The notes below the pieces were generated by a model. That model saw nothing but the letters and a program-made list of their open reading frames with translations. It made no database searches and was not told the DNA's origin. A stretch of 64,000 nucleotides of DNA from Bacillota bacterium (GTDB taxonomy: Bacteria; Bacillota; SHA-98; UBA4971). This document shows positions 59,620-64,000 of this stretch, one piece after another (the stretch's first letter is position 1; each line of letters opens with the position of its first letter). The position numbers and the translations under genes were made by a program. Where the stretch lies: positions 74,165 through 138,164 of the forward strand of contig JBLNDE010000064.1 in assembly GCA_050261335.1 (NCBI GenBank), given 5' to 3'.

Positions 59620-60852
59620 TCACGACCCGAGATCGAACCTCGCGTGCAGCCCTCTCATGGCTTTCTGCATATCTTCCTTCTTCACCAGACACGATATGCT
59701 CGCGTGGGAGTCCGACGTCTGATATATGGGCACCTTCGCCTCACCGAGAGCCTCCACGACCCGCGCCATGACGCCGGGGACACCCCTCATGCCCGCCCCG
59801 ACAACGGACACCTTGGCGCACCCACGCATCGTCCGTATCGTGAGTCCCTCGATACCGAGACCCTCCAGCACCGCAACGGCGGTCGCCGCCACATCCTCGC
59901 TCACGGTGAAGCAGATGAGTTCCGGAAACACGTTGATGAGGTCCACGCTTATACCCGCGTCAGCAAGGGACCTGAACACCCGGCTCGCAATTGCCGACTC
60001 GTTCACGTCCCGGGACGAGTCTATGCGGATCTGCGCGACGTTGGTGAGGTGTGTGACGCCCGTGGCCACCTTGTCGGATCGTATCACCGTACCGTCGGGG
60101 GACATCCCGGTCCTGGTGACCAGGGTACCCGGCTCGTCGGAAAAGGTATTCCTGATCCTTATCGGAATGCCACCTTCCATGGCTATCTCCACCGCCCTCG
60201 GATGGACGACCTTCGCCCCAAGGTGCGCCATCTCGACGACTTCCCTGTATGTCATGACCCTGAGGGATCTCGCATCGGGGACGATTCGGGGGTCCGCGGT
60301 CATGATCCCTTCCACATCGGTGTATATCTCTATGACCTCGGCTCCCAGGGCAACAGCGAGCGCGGCCGCAGTGGTGTCACTGCCTCCCCGCCCGAGGGTG
60401 GTGACGTCGCCTGACCGTGATACGCCCTGGAAACCGGCAACCACCACCACCTTGCCGCCGCGCACGTGCTCGAGCACCCGCTCAGGGCGTACCTCGAGAA
60501 TGCTGGTGTTGCCGAAGTCGTCGTCTGTGACGATGCCCGCTTGGGCGCCTGTGAGACCCACCGCCGGGCATCCCATTGCCCGGAGCGTCTGGGCCATCAC
60601 AACGGTGGAAATCACCTCGCCGCACGCCAGCACGAGGTCCAGCTCCCGCCTGTCAACCTCGCTATGGACTTTCCGAATGAGGTCTATGAGCGTATCCGTG
60701 GCGTACGGCTCCCCCATCCTTCCCATTGCCGACACGACCACAACGGGCGAATAGCCGCCCGACCTCGCTTCAAGCACCCTGGTCGCCGCCCGGGCCCTCT
60801 GGGCGGGCGTGGCGACTGAGGTGCCGCCGAACTTCTGCACCAGGATCTTCAC
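59620..60852 (-). CDS. dapG: Aspartate kinase (DapG/LysC-type, with ACT domains)
   Basis: GTG start giving MKILVQKFGGTSV (matches B. subtilis DapG N-terminus) preceded by GAGGTGA RBS; ORF-track start 60903 likely too long. Confidence 0.9.
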   Translation of the reverse strand: MKILVQKFGGTSVATPAQRARAATRVLEARSGGYSPVVVVSAMGRMGEPYATDTLIDLIRKVHSEVDRRELDLVLACGEVISTVVMAQTLRAMGCPAVGLTGAQAGIVTDDDFGNTSILEVRPERVLEHVRGGKVVVVAGFQGVSRSGDVTTLGRGGSDTTAAALAVALGAEVIEIYTDVEGIMTADPRIVPDARSLRVMTYREVVEMAHLGAKVVHPRAVEIAMEGGIPIRIRNTFSDEPGTLVTRTGMSPDGTVIRSDKVATGVTHLTNVAQIRIDSSRDVNESAIASRVFRSLADAGISVDLINVFPELICFTVSEDVAATAVAVLEGLGIEGLTIRTMRGCAKVSVVGAGMRGVPGVMARVVEALGEAKVPIYQTSDSHASISCLVKKEDMQKAMRGLHARFDLGS

Positions 60853-60919
60853 GGCCTTCACCTCGCCCGAGTCGTCAAGTTTCGCCTCCGGCCGACGAGC
60901 CACACATCCTGGCTGCTCT

Positions 60920-61987
60920 CTATACCGCCTTACGCGCAGTGGTGCCGCGCGGATTCCCGATGAGTCCCTGCCGAAGGGCCTCTTCGGCTATCTGGACGGC
61001 GTTCAGCGCCGCCCCCTTCCGGAGCTGGTCCCCGACAACCCAGACGTTCAGGCCGCACTCGATGGTGTTGTCTTCGCGTATGCGCCCTACCTGCACCTCA
61101 TCCCGCCCCGCAGCAAGGAGCGGCATGGGGTAGACCATGTCCTGCGGGTCATCAACGACGCTCACCCCGGGTGCCTTCGCCAGGATCTCGCGAGCCTCCT
61201 CCCGGGAAAGCTTCCTCTGCGTCTCGATGTTGAGCGACTCGGAGTGACACCTCTCCACGGGCACGCGCACGGTGGTCGCGGTCACGGCGATGCCCGGCCC
61301 CATTATTCTCTCCGTCTCACGCACCATCTTCCACTCTTCCTTGGTGTACGCCATGTCTTGAAACACGTCTATCTGTGGAATCAGGTTGAACGCAATCTGG
61401 TAATGCCTCGGGGCAGACGCAAAGGGCAGAGCCCCCGGGGCTACGGTCTCGTCCGCCAGGTAGGCCCGGGTCTCCTCGAACAGCGCGCTCATGGCCCGCG
61501 CGCCCGCGCCGGAAACCGCCTGGTATGTGGACACTACGACCCTCTTTATCGTAGCCGCATCGTGGATCGGCTTCAGCACGACAACCATTATGATCGTGGA
61601 GCAATTCGGGTTCGCTATGATGCCGGAGTGCTTCGCGATGTCGCCCGGATTCACCTCGGGCACCACAAGAGGCACAGCCTCGTCCATGCGGAACGCACTG
61701 GAGTTGTCTATCACGAGGACGCCCGCCCGTGCCGCAGCGGGCGCATACTGCCTTGACACGGAGGCCCCTGCGGAGAAGAAGGCAAGGTCGTGCCCGGCAA
61801 GGCCGTCCTCCGAGAGCATGTGCACTGGAATGCTCTCTCCCCGGAAGCGCGCGGTCTTCCCTTCTGATCTGGCCGAAGCAAACAGTGACAACGACGTGCA
61901 GGGAAACTCCCTCTCCTCGAGCACCCGCAGGAACTCCTGGCCTACCGCTCCCGTAGCCCCGACTATCGCCACTTTCAGCTTGTGCAC
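60920..61987 (-). CDS. asd: Aspartate-semialdehyde dehydrogenase
   Basis: MHKLKVAIVGATGAVGQ…IANPNCSTI…SGAG… canonical Asd. Confidence 0.95.
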   Translation of the reverse strand: MHKLKVAIVGATGAVGQEFLRVLEEREFPCTSLSLFASARSEGKTARFRGESIPVHMLSEDGLAGHDLAFFSAGASVSRQYAPAAARAGVLVIDNSSAFRMDEAVPLVVPEVNPGDIAKHSGIIANPNCSTIIMVVVLKPIHDAATIKRVVVSTYQAVSGAGARAMSALFEETRAYLADETVAPGALPFASAPRHYQIAFNLIPQIDVFQDMAYTKEEWKMVRETERIMGPGIAVTATTVRVPVERCHSESLNIETQRKLSREEAREILAKAPGVSVVDDPQDMVYPMPLLAAGRDEVQVGRIREDNTIECGLNVWVVGDQLRKGAALNAVQIAEEALRQGLIGNPRGTTARKAV

Positions 61988-62180
61988 CGTTCTCCCCTCT
62001 CAACGCACCCCAGGCTGCCCGGCTCGGCCGGCTCGCGCAGACCCCGCCATGCATACAGCAGCGCAGCACTACGCTACACTGCACCGAACCGCGCGGCTCC
62101 CACCGGACCGCGCGGCACGGCAATGGACTACACTACGCGGCACGGCACGCGCCGCGCCCCGAGGGTGCCGCATCAGCTCT

Positions 62181-62795
62181 CTACCTTAGGTTAGCATATC
62201 CCGCGTGCCTCTTCCTGTCAACAAGCAAGGGCTGAATCTGCCTTCCCTGCAAGGCCTCGACGACCGTGTCCACCGCGAGGCCCATCTCACTTACAAGGGA
62301 GTTGGGTTTGCTTTCAGGCGCATCCTGGCCGAAGGGGATCATGTAGACGTTTTTCGTGTTCAGCAGGATGCCGATGTTCTTCGCGTTGGCGCCGAGGGCA
62401 TCGTTCGTGGAGACCCCAAGGATCACCGGCCGCCCGTTGCGCAAGGTCGACTTGGCAGCCATGAGTACAGGCCCGTCGACGATGCCGAGCGCCAGCTTGG
62501 CGATGGTGTTCCCGGTGCATGGAGCGATGAGGAGGGCATCGAGCACCTTGCCGGGCCCGAGAGGCTCCACTTCCTGGATTGTGCACGCGGGCTCCTTCCC
62601 GGTGATCTGCTCCAGCCTCCGGGCGATGTCGGCGGCCCTCCCGAACCGGGTGTTCTGCGTCGCGACCTTCTCCGAGAGGATCGGGTACACATCGGCCCCC
62701 TCAGCCGTAAGCTTCTCGACCTCAGGCAGGACCTCGGGAATGGTGCAGAAGGACCCGGTGAGTGCGACGCCAACCTTCTTACCAGCAAGCCGCAT
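62181..62795 (-). CDS. dpaB: Dipicolinate synthase subunit B (flavoprotein, SpoVFB/DpaB)
   Basis: …GVALTGSFCT…APCTGNTIAKLA… flavoprotein motifs. Confidence 0.85.
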   Translation of the reverse strand: MRLAGKKVGVALTGSFCTIPEVLPEVEKLTAEGADVYPILSEKVATQNTRFGRAADIARRLEQITGKEPACTIQEVEPLGPGKVLDALLIAPCTGNTIAKLALGIVDGPVLMAAKSTLRNGRPVILGVSTNDALGANAKNIGILLNTKNVYMIPFGQDAPESKPNSLVSEMGLAVDTVVEALQGRQIQPLLVDRKRHAGYANLR

Positions 62796-62833
62796 GGCTT
62801 ACACCTCCAGCACGTTACTCTGCACCCTGCCGG

Positions 62834-63733
62834 TCAGCGGAGGCGGGTAAGTTCCCTGCGGATCATGTGGGGCAGAGCTTCGGCCAGAATCGCGCCCGCC
62901 GTTCTCGGCGCGACCTTCCCGGGCAGGCCCAGGGCATGTACGGTCTTTATGGCATAGCGCGCGGCGGCCTGGAAGTCAGTGCCCCCGGGCTGGGAAGCGA
63001 GGTCTATCACGAGCGACCCCTGCCTCATCCCCTTGAGCACTTCTTCTGTGAGCACGATGGCGGGCACGGTGTTGAAGACCACATCGGCGCTGGCCGTGGC
63101 CTGTGCCAGTGACGAAAGGTGCACGGTCGAAGCCCCCATCTCCTCGGCCCTTGCGAGTTGCGCCAGGTTCCTGGCGGCGACTGTGGTGTGTGCGCCCAGG
63201 GCCAGCAGGATTCGCGTGAGCGTGATGCCGACCCGCCCGAACCCGACCACCACAGCGCGACAGGAGTGGAGCGTCACCGGCATCTCCTCCATGGCGATCT
63301 GCACGGCGCCTTCTGCGGTGGGGATCGAGTTCCTTATGGCGACCTCGTCGTCCTCGGTGACCTCGACGAGGGTGACGCCGTGCCTGGCCGCAAACTCCTT
63401 CAGCCTGGGCCTGGCGGCTCCAACGAAAAGCGGAACCCCGGGCGGGATGACCTCGAGCACCTCCTCGCTCAGGGCTACGGCGATATCCGGGTCAAGCGTC
63501 CTCACCTTGCCACCGACGTCCAGGCCTCCCATGCCGACCACCACAGCGTCCACGCCGCGAAGAGCCTCGAACACGGACGTCTCTCGCTCCGCGCACGCAA
63601 GCTCGGGGAGGTCAGGGTACCCGACCACCTTCACCCTGGCCCCTTCGGCCAGGAACCTCCTTATCACCTCTATCTCTCGCCAGTCGCCCCCGAGCACCGC
63701 GATGACAAGCCCCCCAAGGCCCCCCACCATCCA
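62834..63733 (-). CDS. dpaA: Dipicolinate synthase subunit A (SpoVFA/DpaA, NAD-binding)
   Basis: Start MVGGLGGLVIAVLGGD with GAGGAGGG RBS; Rossmann GFGRVG motif. Confidence 0.85.
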   Translation of the reverse strand, partial: WMVGGLGGLVIAVLGGDWREIEVIRRFLAEGARVKVVGYPDLPELACAERETSVFEALRGVDAVVVGMGGLDVGGKVRTLDPDIAVALSEEVLEVIPPGVPLFVGAARPRLKEFAARHGVTLVEVTEDDEVAIRNSIPTAEGAVQIAMEEMPVTLHSCRAVVVGFGRVGITLTRILLALGAHTTVAARNLAQLARAEEMGASTVHLSSLAQATASADVVFNTVPAIVLTEEVLKGMRQGSLVIDLASQPGGTDFQAAARYAIKTVHALGLPGKVAPRTAGAILAEALPHMIRRELTRLR

Positions 63734-63846
63734 CGGTCCCTCCTCTGACCTCAAGTTGCTACGTGTAATATATGAGCGTGCGCGGGGCCCGGTGCCTGGT
63801 CCGCCCGGGAGGGAGCCACGTCGAGAGTCAGGGACGGCGCCATACC

Positions 63847-64000
<154 letters not shown>

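Noticed and set aside
60853-60919. Lysine riboswitch (L-box) upstream of the aspartokinase gene
   Set aside because: With the corrected GTG start (60852) only 67 nt separate it from the asd stop. This is too short for an L-box (~180 nt) and no conserved L-box sequence is visible.

Overview
This 64-kb window is high-GC (about 65–68% by eye) chromosomal DNA. Gene content and synteny (dpaA-dpaB-asd-dapG-dapA-rnj … tepA-ylzJ … ftsK, hup, rodZ, pspC) point to an endospore-forming Firmicute, probably a thermophile of the Symbiobacterium/Thermaerobacter/Limnochordia type. This is inference; no search was run.

Content from start to end:
- A σ54-dependent acetoin/2-oxoacid dehydrogenase operon: acoR, then a TGGCA-N6-TTGCT promoter, then acoA and acoB.
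- pspC, a HAD hydrolase and a class IV aminotransferase.
- An F-type ATP synthase locus that is physically split. atpI-atpB-atpE1 lies at 8.5–10.2 kb; atpE1 is a fused double-hairpin c subunit whose second hairpin carries Gln in place of the ion-binding Glu. atpE2-atpF-atpH-atpA-atpG-atpD-atpC lies at 25.8–31.9 kb.
- About 15.5 kb separates the two halves. It holds a purine-catabolism block (uracil/xanthine permease, three-subunit xanthine-dehydrogenase-family enzyme, cyclase, FdrA/DUF1116/DUF2877 oxamate-carbamoyltransferase-like genes, a PucR regulator) followed by a GNAT-thiolase-DUF35 operon.
- A GGDEF cyclase, an M20 peptidase, an alkaline-phosphatase-family protein, a PHP phosphoesterase, hup, rodZ and ftsK.
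- Two Na/Pi cotransporters, uppP, tepA, an ABC-2 exporter and a sugar ABC importer.
- RNase J and the dapA-dapG-asd-dpaB-dpaA cluster.

Three signals stand out:
1. The Acetobacterium woodii-like hybrid c-subunit gene pair, with Na+-type Q/E/T/T/Y signatures, split by a metabolic island. It comes with a truncated 87-aa epsilon and an acidic insertion in gamma.
2. A dense family of at least 10 MITE-like palindromic dispersed elements with terminal inverted repeats. They sit at gene 3' ends, donate stop codons and C-terminal residues to several genes, and one copy lies between atpG and atpD.
3. A lower-GC singleton gene encoding a P-loop kinase fused to a DNPH1/nucleoside-2-deoxyribosyltransferase-like hydrolase domain.

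Two unusual non-coding regions were also noted: a degenerate ~40-bp repeat array downstream of hup, and a 1.17-kb ORF-free low-GC region with GTTCCGT direct repeats upstream of the sugar transporter. No tRNA, rRNA or CRISPR was seen.
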